Of a DNA stretch of 64,000 bases, positions 37,328-47,689 are shown in pieces. Each line of letters begins with the position of its first letter. Within the stretch, counting starts at the first letter, position 1. A model generated the notes under the pieces. It was not told the origin of the DNA and searched no databases. It worked only from the letters and a program-made list of their open reading frames with translations. A program made the position numbers and the translations under genes. The stretch is from Carpediemonas membranifera BICM (Eukaryota > Protista > Fornicata), in contig JAHDYR010000024.1 in assembly GCA_019828565.1 (NCBI GenBank), positions 216,734 through 280,733 of the forward strand, in the 5' to 3' direction.

Positions 37328-38353
37328 ATGGAGAGGAAATTTGGCAAATTCGGTACCAGACGCATCAGCGACCATCCTCTCACGTATGAATGCGTCTGTG
37401 GAATCACTAGGCCGCGTTCTGACCTTCGCAACCAGGGCCTGAAGGAATATGACGGAATCAGGTACACGCATGACTGCCCCTTCACCCTGAGCAAGCTTGT
37501 GAACCGCCGCATCGTTATCCTGCTCGAGCCAGTCCATGGCTTCGAAGCACCTACTTGTGCGAACCCGGTCTTCACTGTCACCGGGCTTGCTGGCTCCGAG
37601 GGGTACCACAAGCGCATGAAGGCCATCCTCGATCTCGTCAGCGACGAATGGCTCACCACGGTTGCCGTCAGTTTCGTCTCGACGACCCACCTCGGCTCCA
37701 TACTGCAACAGTTGGCTGCAGAATTCGCCAATTTCGAGACATTCTGGGTTGTTTCTGGCCACAGCGAGACCACAACGTCGAGAATGATCGTTAATGCGAG
37801 CGCTAACGAGTTCCTGTACCTTCACGATATCGTACAGATGATCCTCTTCGCTTTCCGTGAGCCATCCCTCGTCACCACCAGCCGGGTTCGGCTCATCTAC
37901 TTCGCCACCTGTACCGGAGCGGACAATAGCGAGTTCTCTCTGCTTAAGCAGTCCATTTCGACCCAGGCATACGAGCATACGTGCATCATTCTCACTCCGG
38001 AGAAAATGCTTGCCAAAGAACTCGTCCTGCAGGACTGCTTTTGGCTCTACCGCACTACATGCATGGACAACCCGCTCCACTTCGTCTCGCGTTACTTCTC
38101 CGGCTATGGGCTCGCACCTGGCACAGCAGGGAGACGGGTTATCGCGAATGGATCAATGTCCATAACCCCGGGCGCGATTGAGATCCTCACAGCCACTCAG
38201 TTCCGCACGCCAATCCCTCTTCCCGAGATGGTCGACCTTGTTTCTGAGGTACTTGCATATAGACCACTGCAGAGATCTCCGGCGGATGTTATGGCCTCGC
38301 GCTACATTACTGAGATGACAGTTGCGCACAGAGCGGCACTGGAAGACACTTAA
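37328..38353 (+). CDS. Putative clan CD (caspase/CHAT/separase-like) cysteine protease
   Basis: Intact 341-aa ORF; FWVVSGHS and RLIYFATCTG give His/Cys after hydrophobic strands; conserved in all three copies. Confidence 0.55.
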   Translation: MERKFGKFGTRRISDHPLTYECVCGITRPRSDLRNQGLKEYDGIRYTHDCPFTLSKLVNRRIVILLEPVHGFEAPTCANPVFTVTGLAGSEGYHKRMKAILDLVSDEWLTTVAVSFVSTTHLGSILQQLAAEFANFETFWVVSGHSETTTSRMIVNASANEFLYLHDIVQMILFAFREPSLVTTSRVRLIYFATCTGADNSEFSLLKQSISTQAYEHTCIILTPEKMLAKELVLQDCFWLYRTTCMDNPLHFVSRYFSGYGLAPGTAGRRVIANGSMSITPGAIEILTATQFRTPIPLPEMVDLVSEVLAYRPLQRSPADVMASRYITEMTVAHRAALEDT

Positions 38354-38376
38354 AGTTCAAAATCTCCCTATTTAAC

Positions 38377-39586
38377 TTACTCAATTGGCTTCATATCCGC
38401 CACCTTCTGGTAGACAGTCATACACTGGTCGCAGAACCTGACACGATAGTCCTGGCCGTCGAGATGGAACTCAGCATAGCTGAAGTGTTTCTCTTCGCAG
38501 AACCAGTTTAGGCACGCCCGGCAGACGCCAGTGTCCTTTGTCGACTTGTCTCCGTCCTTGATACACGCGTGACATCTGTTAGACCTTCCTGCCAGACTGC
38601 AAGCTGCGCAAACCTTTCTGTTCTTACCATCAATCCTCTTCTCTCTGACACACTGAAGATGCATGAACTGATGGCAGAGATAGCACGTTTCATACTCGTT
38701 TCTTTTCATGTTTGGGTTGAAGTACCATTCAGGTGAGGGCACAAACAGCGCATGCGAACAGTAACTTACGCTGATATAGCTTCAGAAACGTCGCTTGCTT
38801 GAGGGCGGGGACCTTATCGTTCATTTCAACGGCCTTGGGTGACTGCTTGAGGAGATCAGTGACAGTTGTGGAGAGTGAAGCCGTCACCATCGCGGCAACC
38901 TCCTTCAAGTCAGCCTCTTCGAGCCTCGATCGCTTCTGAGCAGGCTCATGCATCTGCGCATCAAAATTAAGCTTCTTGACGGGGGAATCAGGCTTGATGG
39001 TAGCCAAGTCAGCTCTTTTTCTGAGCTTTGGTACCAATGTTGTCACTGGAGTCTTTGTGGGTGTCTCTGCGGGTGTTTCTGCTGGGGTACGTGGCTCAGG
39101 CTGGAGCTTGCGATGCTTGATCCTGATTACAACGGCTGGAGGCCATTGAATGCCGGTGCAAGTGATCAGACTGGAGACATCGTGGAGTCCAAGTCCCCGA
39201 AACAGCACAGACATCCTGTTTCTAAACTCCTGCAAGTGTTCAGCTGCATTTGCTCTGTCTCTGACAACCAGGTAGGGTATCTTTGTGCCAATGAGCTCTG
39301 TGCCACCCTTTCTACTTGCCACAAATGCCTGAATGGGCTCAGTAGTCGTGCGCCTGACGGAGTTTGCAATAGCAATCTTGCGAAAGCCGTTGCAGAGGCC
39401 CGATATCACATCCTGCATGCCAAGGAGAGCGCGATGAACGTCAGAGGTCGTCAGACCGATAGTTGGGATGTCCGCGACGTCGAAAAAGCATTCCAGGAAG
39501 CTAGTCACGAACAGCCGGCGGTACTCTGTTATGATCTTGTTATTATCACTTTGAATAAGCAATGAATGGTTATGCAACATCAGCAC
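38377..39586 (-). CDS. PHD-like Cys-rich finger protein (frameshift near 38740; start uncertain)
   Basis: CAVC..CYLCHQFMHLQC..CAAC is C4HC3, followed by further CxxC pairs. Confidence 0.75.
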
Positions 39587-42500
39587 CTACCTACGAATCA
39601 CAAGAATGCCCCTAGCACGTCGTATGCAAGCAAAAATGAGACTTACCCGTACCTTCCGCACGTTTCTCTACGTTTCACAAACGTTGGTGAAACGTGTGAA
39701 ATAGTGAAAAAGATACGGGTGAATCTCATTTTTTCTTGCAGTTTCTTGTGCAAAAGGGTGTTTATCCTCCGTATATCCCCGGATTAACTGGCCATTCTAA
39801 CAGTATGCGAAGACCTGATGCAGAAGGGAGTTGTGGCCCTCGATCGTAGACGCGTGTACGATGACATCATCAAGGTAGCACTCGACCCCGCGGCCCAAGA
39901 GTGGAGCTAAGATCCGCATCATGCCTCGCTGGAAGTAGGAAGGCGCGTTCTTGAGACCGAAGGGGACTCTAACGAACTCGTACAGGCCGTTGTGCGTGGC
40001 AAATGCAGTCCGAGGAACAGCTGTTGCGTCGAGGGGGAACTGGTGGTAGCCACTGCGCAGGTCAAGCGTGGTGAAGTACTTGCTGCCATTCAGGCGAGAC
40101 AAGATGGACTTAATGTTCTGCAGGGGGAATCGGAAGTCGCGGCTGACTGAGTTGAGGAGGCGGTAGTCTACGACCATCCTATGTTCACCGTTCGTCTTTG
40201 GCACGACGAAGCAAGGGGCGGAGTAAGCCGACTCCGATAGGCGGATGATGCCAGCCTCAAGGAGGGCCTCGACCTCTCGATCGATGACCTCAGTCATGGC
40301 CGGGGAGAGCCGGCGAGGGGGAACGTGGGTCGGAGTTTCGTCTGTGACGGCGATCTCCATAGGCTGAACCTTGGCAGGCTCACGAGGGATGGGACCGAAG
40401 ATGTCTTCGAACTCGCGAGCGAGGGCTGCGACGTTTTCATCGAGCTCGATCTGGCCATCTTCGTCAAGGGGTGTAACCTCGCCGAGGTCCTGAGGCTCAG
40501 TCGCGGGAGGAGCCAGTAGGTTGAACGTTTGGATCACGTCGAACCCAAGGATGAGGGGCTCACCGGTGTTGAGGACGTGGGCGCTGATAGTACCTCCGAC
40601 TGAGTGGGGAGACCTGTTGACCTTGATGTCAAGGAGCGTGCGATGGGCAGACGTGGCGATGCCATTGGCCGTGCTTATCTTGAGCTCATCAGGGATCATG
40701 ACCAGGCCCAGAGACTTGGCCAGCACTGGGCTGATGAAGGATGAGGAGGCGCCTGTGTCGACCAGGGCGTCGACGCGGTCGGTGCTCTGGGGAGCAGGGG
40801 AGCCGACGGGCGCGAAGGCTCGTACGTTGGTGCTGAGGCGCATGACTGGTCCGCTTGTTGCCATCTTCAGAGAGATGGGCGTCGTCCGGCGGCCCGTAGC
40901 GAAGAAGCCGGGCTTGGACTTGTTGGGGCAGTCAGGCCTAAGGTGGCCGGAGAGGCCGCATCCATGGCAGACAGGCTGCGGCTTGGCAGGGGTACCGGCA
41001 GGCTTATGGTTGTCTGGTTTGTTGGATGGGAAGTGGGGAGCAGGCGCTGCGGTAGCGTGAGGACGAGTGGGGTGGAAGCTCGGAGGCGGACGTGTGGCCT
41101 GAGGGCGCGGGACCTCGGGCTGACCGAACTCGGCGATGGTGCGCTTGGCCTCAGCCAAGGTCTCGACCTCTTGGAAGGCGGCACGCTTGGCGTCGGCGAG
41201 CGTCTCAGGTTCGGAGGCCTTGACCCGGCGGCGCAGTGAATCTGGGGACAGTCCGCGGATGAAAGTGCGGCGTAGTGTCTTCTCATCGGGGAGGTAAGTG
41301 GAACAGAGGTCCTCGACGCGGTCGAACCTGTCGAGGTAGGCGAGCAGAGCGCTGTTGCTGGCCGTCGTGGAGGACATGGCGGTTGCTTCCAGCTTAGACA
41401 GAACGGCCTGAGTGCTCTTGGGAGCGAATAAAGCGGAGTAGATCGCCGACAGGACGTTTTCATCTGGAAGGTCGTCAAAGTTGTCAATGCGAAGGCGGAT
41501 CAGGCGTAAAACACGGCTGGAAATGAGCATACGGACAGATAGTGCTCTGTCGTCGGGAACTTGGGCGGAATAGGCCTCGAACTTGTCGTTGAAGCTGCAG
41601 AAGGCCGTTTCGGAACGAATGTCGTTGAGAAAAGGGGCTGAAATCGTTTGATAGTCCATGGCGGTGAGTAAGTAAGCTTACTGTGGCCAAATAAAGAGAA
41701 CTAATGACGAAGTGAGGTTTATTCGAAACCCGATCAAGGGCAAAAATGGTTATAACTAAAATTGCCCAACACATCGGACCTCTTCCGAAGGACGACGGCT
41801 ACAAGCACATCATCGTTTTTATCGACGCTTTTTCCAAGTTCGTCGTGCTGAAAACCGTGCGCTCCACAGGAGCAGATGAGGCTGCCAGCGCAATGCTGGA
41901 GGTCTGGTCACTGTTCGGGGCCCCCCGAGCCATCCAGACAGATCAAGACACGCAGTTTAAGAACTCCGTCATCGATGAGTTGAATAAGCGCATCTCGCTC
42001 AATCACCGATTCTCTACAGCATACCATCCTCAAAGTAACGGCATAGTAGAACGCACAAACGGAACTATCGTCCGTAGGCTCCGCGCTCTGCTCATCGACA
42101 GCGAAACGACCGAATGGACGCCATTCCTGCCAATCGTGCAGCACATTATCAACACTAGCGTCCACTCCACAACTGGATTTACTCCTTTCGACATCCTCTT
42201 CGGGCACACGTCGTCACTGACACAAATCTCGCCTGAACAACTTATTGACGCCACGCGCGCCTCTCCCGACATCCATGAGGCCATCAGTCTCTTCCACAAG
42301 GACCTTAACACTATACACGAGCAAGCTCGTACACGCATCAGCGCCTATGAGAACGCCAACGACGCTCACCAAACCACAGACGACATCAACTGGAACGACG
42401 AAGAGCTCGTGCTCATCCGTTATCCTACCAAGGCTCCCAAACTCCTACCTCCACTCCGCGGCCCCCTACTGATGTTTGGAGGAGGGAAGAGTCCCAACAC

Positions 42501-43099
42501 ATTCCGACTCCGCGACCTGGTCTCTAAGGCCGAGATACTCGTCCACCAGGAACGCCTCGTCCGATTCCACCGCGGCTCTGTAACACTCGCGACACTCGAA
42601 CGCCTCGCTGCCTACGAGCAAGACGAGCAGCAGGTCGACCACATCGTAACTCACCGCGTGCGTCGTGGAAAGATCGAGCTCCTGATCCATTGGGCTGGGC
42701 TCGAGCAATCGGAAGATTCGTACATCCCGTACAATTCGTACTATGACCAACTAGCCGCCCTTGACGTTTATCTCACCGAGAATCCGTCCTATAAGTCGCA
42801 GTTCGCCGCGTACAAACGCAAGTTCCGCGGTAAGGGTTCAAGGTAGTTGATCATGAGAGGGGAAGTGTCGGCAGGTTTATTAATTACCCTGATCAACTCC
42901 CACACGTGCAGTTTATATAAAGTCAGACCACCTGTTCGAACTAACAACATGGCACAACGGTCGCCGGCGCGAAATATATTCCGCTTACACAGACTCTAAT
43001 CAGCGAAAAAATTTATCCCCCATGGTTTTAGAGCAGCGAGACTGCCTAGTCGTCTGCACGTCAGACATGCAGGTACGGCGCGAAGCCAACCCTCTCGGA

Positions 43100-44400
43100 C
43101 AAGCGTGGTCCGGGGCCAGTGACGGCAACTCCCTTGCTCTGGGCTGTGATGCCTGGGGTAAGCCGGCAGCGCTCAGGTGATGTCCTGGAACCTCACCCTG
43201 ATCGTTTGGGTTTTGGTCTCGAAAGGCCCTGATTGGATCATTTCCAGAACCTCGAGAACGAGCCCGATGCCTAATAAACATCCTGTTGCCATTTATGATC
43301 GTGCAGAGCACGGTGATCTCTAAGAGGTTTGAAAAACATACACTGGAGCCCCAGGGAGCACAATTCTGGCGCGTGATGTGATGCGCCTGTCCTTGCTAAG
43401 AGAATTGATGATCTGACTTTACATAAACTGCACCCGGTGTCTGGAACGCCACACGTGATGCCATTTGGAGGAGATTCGGTAGGTTCGCTGCCCCCGTAGG
43501 TGGGCATGACGTTATTATCGGTAGAGTTTTCGATATTTTTTACCAGAGAAACCATCGACAAGCTCGACAAGACTTCAGATGCTTTGACTGAACGGGGCCA
43601 GTGCAATTTACGAGACGGCATGCCGGTAATTCACAGCCTAGACTCGTACTACTCGAGCCGTATCCGTCGACAGTTAACCGAAGAAACTGCCAGTGTCTCA
43701 ACAAGATCTTGACCGAGGCCATAGTAGTGGTGTGCGGTGAGTTCCACAGCGGGATCTCCAGGAGACCCGCCGGAGAAAAGAATTTCGCTTTGGTTGCTCA
43801 ACGAAGGTTGCAATTGGCCTGCTATCGGGCATGCTGCGTTAGTGTTTGCCGAGCGGGTCGCCAGTTCTTGAAGCCGAGTGGGCCGAGCTCCGTGTGGAGC
43901 GACAAGGATGGCTGATGTATGGCCGAAAACCGACCATCCCATCGCCACCCCCATTCGCCTGAAAGTCTTCTACGGGAGCTCGGGATTCACCACGCCTGCT
44001 GGTATGTTCATTCCTTGCGCGCCATATCGAAAGTTCGCGAGAGAGATAGTTTCCCTTCTCAAGGGGTATAACATTGTCGTCGATCTTAACATGGTAGACG
44101 AGGATCGCACCACCGTCGTCTGCCCTCACAGCCACGCCCCCTACAAGCGAGTTCGTCCGCGTGATGACCAGCACGTTCACCCACATCGTGTGATGCTCTG
44201 CGAAAATCCACAGTGCCGTGGTGCTCAGTGGCGCGCAACAGTTCCTGATGCTCTGAATGTTGATCATCGGGACAAGAGTGCCGCAGAGACATCCTGTGGC
44301 GTTCTCTTGCCACGGAAGATGAGCTCAGTGGCTCTCCGTTCAGTCGCACATTGATCCCACGTCTTCAAGCATCATTCCAGTATCATCAATTGGCTAACCG
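43100..44400 (+). pseudogene. Degenerate Fanzor/TnpB-like RuvC nuclease
   Basis: ORF 43878-44354: VFYGSSGF..P, MVDEDRTTVVCPH, CENPQC, HRDKSAA; a possible frameshifted LGCD-PG near 43140. Confidence 0.6.
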
Positions 44401-44759
44401 CCAACATTCGTCTACGGACGGATGATGTTGTGCAGTTTGGCACTTTGATCGTTCCTTTCAGGCCCTGTCTGGAGGTTCGAACAATGTGTTTATACTGCGC
44501 AACAGGGCTGCCCGGTTGAGCCGCTGACAGTGTTGGACCGGTGGGACCGGTTACGTGACACTGAATGTACATGTATAAATCGATAAGACTCCCTCCTCAG
44601 GATGATAACAAGGCAAGTGAAAACCCTAACCGTGCACCAGCGGGCACATGCAGAGAGACCGGCAATGCGTGGGTTCTCGTTTAACTATGAAGAACGTTGA
44701 GGCACTCAACAGTTGTATTTTTTGATTTAAAAGGCACTGTTGACAGCTTGCCCGGGGGC

Positions 44760-45374
44760 TTATTCGTCGCGTTCACCAGTCTTGACACCGGTCGAGGTGG
44801 ACTTGCTGGCAGTGATAACGTTCTCACCCATGGTCTTCTCGTTGAGAGCAGCGACAGCGGCGGCGATGTCAGCGGGAGCGAACTCCACGAAGGCGATGGC
44901 ACGGCGGGCGAAGCGGCGGCGGGGGTTGATCACGCGGACCTCAACGGGGGTGGGAGCACCGTTGGCGGCGATGAAAGCGGTAAGCTCCTCGACAGTGCAG
45001 TCGCGGTCGAGGCCACCGATGAAAACGATGGACTCGGACTCGGGGCCGACCTCAGCAACGCGGCGCTCGCGGGGCTCACGAGGCTCACGGCGGGGCTTGG
45101 GCTCCTCAGTGGTCTTCTCGTCAGACTTCTTGGGAGAACGGCGGGGACGGCGGCGGGGCTCGCTCTTAGCGACCTCGATGCGGAGAACCTCATCGTTGAT
45201 CATAAGATCGGTCTTGGCAGCAGCGGCATCGCGGGCCTCCTCGGAATCGAAGCCAACATGGCGGTACGGACGAGTCATGGAGCCAGTGACTCTAGTAGCA
45301 TCGGGGAAAACAGCCTGAAGCTCTTCCCTCTTAGTACCAACGGGGACGTTACCAACAAATATCCAGGAGCTCAT
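44760..45374 (-). CDS. Two-RRM RNA-binding protein
   Basis: RNP2 IFVGNV and VFIGGL; RNP1 RHVGF and IAFVEF; strong codon bias. Confidence 0.85.
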   Translation of the reverse strand: MSSWIFVGNVPVGTKREELQAVFPDATRVTGSMTRPYRHVGFDSEEARDAAAAKTDLMINDEVLRIEVAKSEPRRRPRRSPKKSDEKTTEEPKPRREPREPRERRVAEVGPESESIVFIGGLDRDCTVEELTAFIAANGAPTPVEVRVINPRRRFARRAIAFVEFAPADIAAAVAALNEKTMGENVITASKSTSTGVKTGERDE

Positions 45375-45684
45375 ATGGAGTCTGTCTTGCGAAAAGCAGC
45401 CAGCTTTTTTCACGCAAAACTTATCAAGACGAGGTTGACGTGAAGGGGACAAAAGGTGCACGAGGGACCGATACTGCATCAGCAAAACTCACATCTTTAT
45501 CGCGAAAAAGTGGCTCAAATCTGGCAAATCAATGTCCGGATCCCAGGCCAGCGACGATGCTCGAATGCGTTTCATAAGCTAGAAACCTTGTAATAACGTC
45601 GCAAATGCCCGATCCGCTGTCATTTCCACCGCTGCTATCTTACGAAGTTGTATTGCGAACCTTCTTCTTTTCGGGCCTCTCGGA

Positions 45685-46461
45685 ATGGTCTATCAATCAT
45701 ATTCAAGCACACTCCCGACATCTCGCCCTCCAGAATATGCTCTCGCCTATCCCGAATCGACCTACACGGTCCAGCAACCCGACGAGACGTTCTCTGTCGT
45801 GGAGCATTCTTCCAGATCCTACACGATGCAACCAGCCGCATCGGGCGGTAGGATCGACCGAGAAGTCCTTCGTGCCGCTAGAAACCGCCTCCGCCACGTT
45901 CTTCGCCGAGTATACTTCCTTGATACCCGCGTCCGCACAGGCGCCAGCACCGTGGCCGGCGCGGGTGTCGGCGCTCTCGTAGGCAGCTTTGTGATGCTGC
46001 CATTCGCGGGTGGAGCGGTTGGCATGGTCGTAGGCTTCGGCCTTGGGCGGGCCATCTCGAAGGAGCCGTTCCGCGAAGCCACTCGGCACTTTTTCTCCAG
46101 AGCACCCGAGGCGCTCGATTTCGACGAAGACGCTCTCGAGGAGTTCGTCCGAAACAACCAGAGCCTCGTCCGGCAGTCTTTCGGCCCTTGGTTCTGGGAG
46201 ACGCTGCCGCCCGTTCGAAAACGAGAGAGCCTGCCCACTCAGTCGAGGACGATGCCAGCAATTACTATGCAAGGCCAGAACCAAGGCCAGATGTGGGCGA
46301 GCGGCCCTGCACCACCAACTCGGGAAGTGTACCGGCCTAACGCTGTTGCTGAGAGAAGCCTGGTGAAGGCAGCCGATGTCCAGCCTGCCTACGCGTTCTT
46401 CCCGGACGCAGAGATCTTGGATGAGGAAGACGAATTCCTCAGGCCACAACCATACGCGTAA
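45685..46461 (+). CDS. Hypothetical protein with glycine-zipper hydrophobic segment
   Basis: 258-aa ATG ORF; GASTVAGAGVGALVG..GGAVGMVVGFGLG. Confidence 0.65.
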   Translation: MVYQSYSSTLPTSRPPEYALAYPESTYTVQQPDETFSVVEHSSRSYTMQPAASGGRIDREVLRAARNRLRHVLRRVYFLDTRVRTGASTVAGAGVGALVGSFVMLPFAGGAVGMVVGFGLGRAISKEPFREATRHFFSRAPEALDFDEDALEEFVRNNQSLVRQSFGPWFWETLPPVRKRESLPTQSRTMPAITMQGQNQGQMWASGPAPPTREVYRPNAVAERSLVKAADVQPAYAFFPDAEILDEEDEFLRPQPYA

Positions 46462-46757
46462 AAGTTTTTAAAGAGTGAATGATTGAGTTAGGTTCCAGAG
46501 ACTAGACGCTTCAGGCACTCATACAAGTCATACAATGTTCGGTGTTGCTGGACCCAGCCTCGTGAGCACTACAAACAAAAAACACGCCAGCATCAGCAAG
46601 GATGCCTGCCTGACAAATCACGTGCTCCACTGAAGCATCGTGGGTCACCATGATGGTGATGGCGCGGGTTACTGGGGTTTTGAACGCCAGCACTTTTTGC
46701 GAACTCAGAATCGTACGAACCCCCAAAATGGCGTCATAATCTTCGCAACAAACTACT

Positions 46758-47450
46758 ATGGATGAACCCTTTCTCTCACGTCTAGCAAAACGCGTTGGAT
46801 CTGCGGCCTTGTACTCTCTCGGCATCGAGGAGCCGTGGACACCGGCCAGCACGCCCAACTCAGTCACTGGCCGCCTTCTCTCACCCAAATCACCCATCGG
46901 CGCTTTCATGAAGTCACCACAAACTGAGTATGTTCAGAAGGCGCGTAATCTTGCGCTCAACATCGGCGCTCACGTAATCGTCTTCCTCCTCTGCCTTTCG
47001 TACGGCTACCTGCCATCAGCCATCGCTCTTTTCCTCAACATGGACAGCTCGTGGTATCACTCCCTCCACCGGCCTCCGCTCACGCCGCCCGGCTGGATCT
47101 TTGGGCCCATGTGGACGTTGCTGTATGCTCTCTACTCCACTACATTGTATAGGTCACTTGTTGAGGCGTTCAACAAGAGGCGGGGGTACATGCTTCCGCT
47201 ACTGACGATTTTGTTCACGTATACCCACGTCTTCAACATGATCTGGACGCCTCTATACTTTGGATTCAAGCGGCTCGACCTCGCTTTCTTCGACAACGTC
47301 CTGCTGGTGTTCATGAACTATCTGTGCTACGCCACTGCCGGTATGGTGTGGAAGCCATCGCTCGTGCTTTACTTGCCCATGGTGCTGTGGGTCATGTTCG
47401 CCTGCTATCTGTCAGCGTCGTTCTACCTTCTGAACGGGCCATCGCCGTAA
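46758..47450 (+). CDS. TSPO: TspO/MBR family translocator protein
   Basis: WYHSLHRPPLTPPGWIFGPMWTLLY, NMIWTPLYFG, LPMVLWVMFA. Confidence 0.9.
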   Translation: MDEPFLSRLAKRVGSAALYSLGIEEPWTPASTPNSVTGRLLSPKSPIGAFMKSPQTEYVQKARNLALNIGAHVIVFLLCLSYGYLPSAIALFLNMDSSWYHSLHRPPLTPPGWIFGPMWTLLYALYSTTLYRSLVEAFNKRRGYMLPLLTILFTYTHVFNMIWTPLYFGFKRLDLAFFDNVLLVFMNYLCYATAGMVWKPSLVLYLPMVLWVMFACYLSASFYLLNGPSP

Positions 47451-47689
47451 ATTAACGTCTTTTTATACACATGATGCATTGTACGAGTCGTTGGGTCGTT
47501 TTGAGTCATCCTATGTCGCTTTGATAAACTGCACAATACTTGTCTTATCCTGCACATTCGTCGCGATGCCGTTCCATTTCGCACTTTAGCACCAAAATGA
47601 ATCGGTCGATATAATGTCATTAACCCTATTTCCGCATTTTAAAGCACAATCCGCATGCTATACACTACCACATTTCTAAAACTGCGTGT

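Larger units (their letters stand above)
27987..39807 (+). mobile_element. Cargo DNA transposon copy 1, complete (11,821 bp), 48-bp perfect TIRs, probable 2-bp TSD (CG)
   Basis: TIR CATACTGTTAGAATGGCCAGTTAATCCGGGGATATACGGAGGATAAAC at 27987-28034 and inverted at 39760-39807; removing the element and one CG restores the Gypsy E RT frame. Confidence 0.95.
25898..41771 (-). mobile_element. Gypsy E: chromodomain Ty3/gypsy, 90-bp LTRs (41682-41771, 25898-25987), 4-bp TSD CATC; contains DNA transposon copy 1
   Basis: Identical LTRs; PPT gagagagaag; gag-PR-RT 41659-39808 (CCHC, DTGA, YLDD) resumes at 27986 (HQVF|ELVRAHNL), then RNase H, integrase and chromodomain to 25998. Confidence 0.95.
15868..42949 (+). 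mobile_element. Gypsy D: outer host element, 5' half missing; pieces at 15868-15909, 25293-25897 and 41776-42949
   Basis: RNase H LPWTLETDAS|TVAAGGVLWQ rejoins across Gypsy B; integrase QIDT|IGPLP rejoins across Gypsy E; chromodomain to 42846; PPT gagaggggaag then TG..CA segment 42866-42949 (LTR end inferred). Confidence 0.85.

Noticed and set aside
27987-39807. Polinton/Maverick, virophage or endogenous virus interpretation
   Set aside because: No pPolB, capsid, packaging ATPase or rve integrase motifs; TIRs are short and there is no 6-bp TSD.
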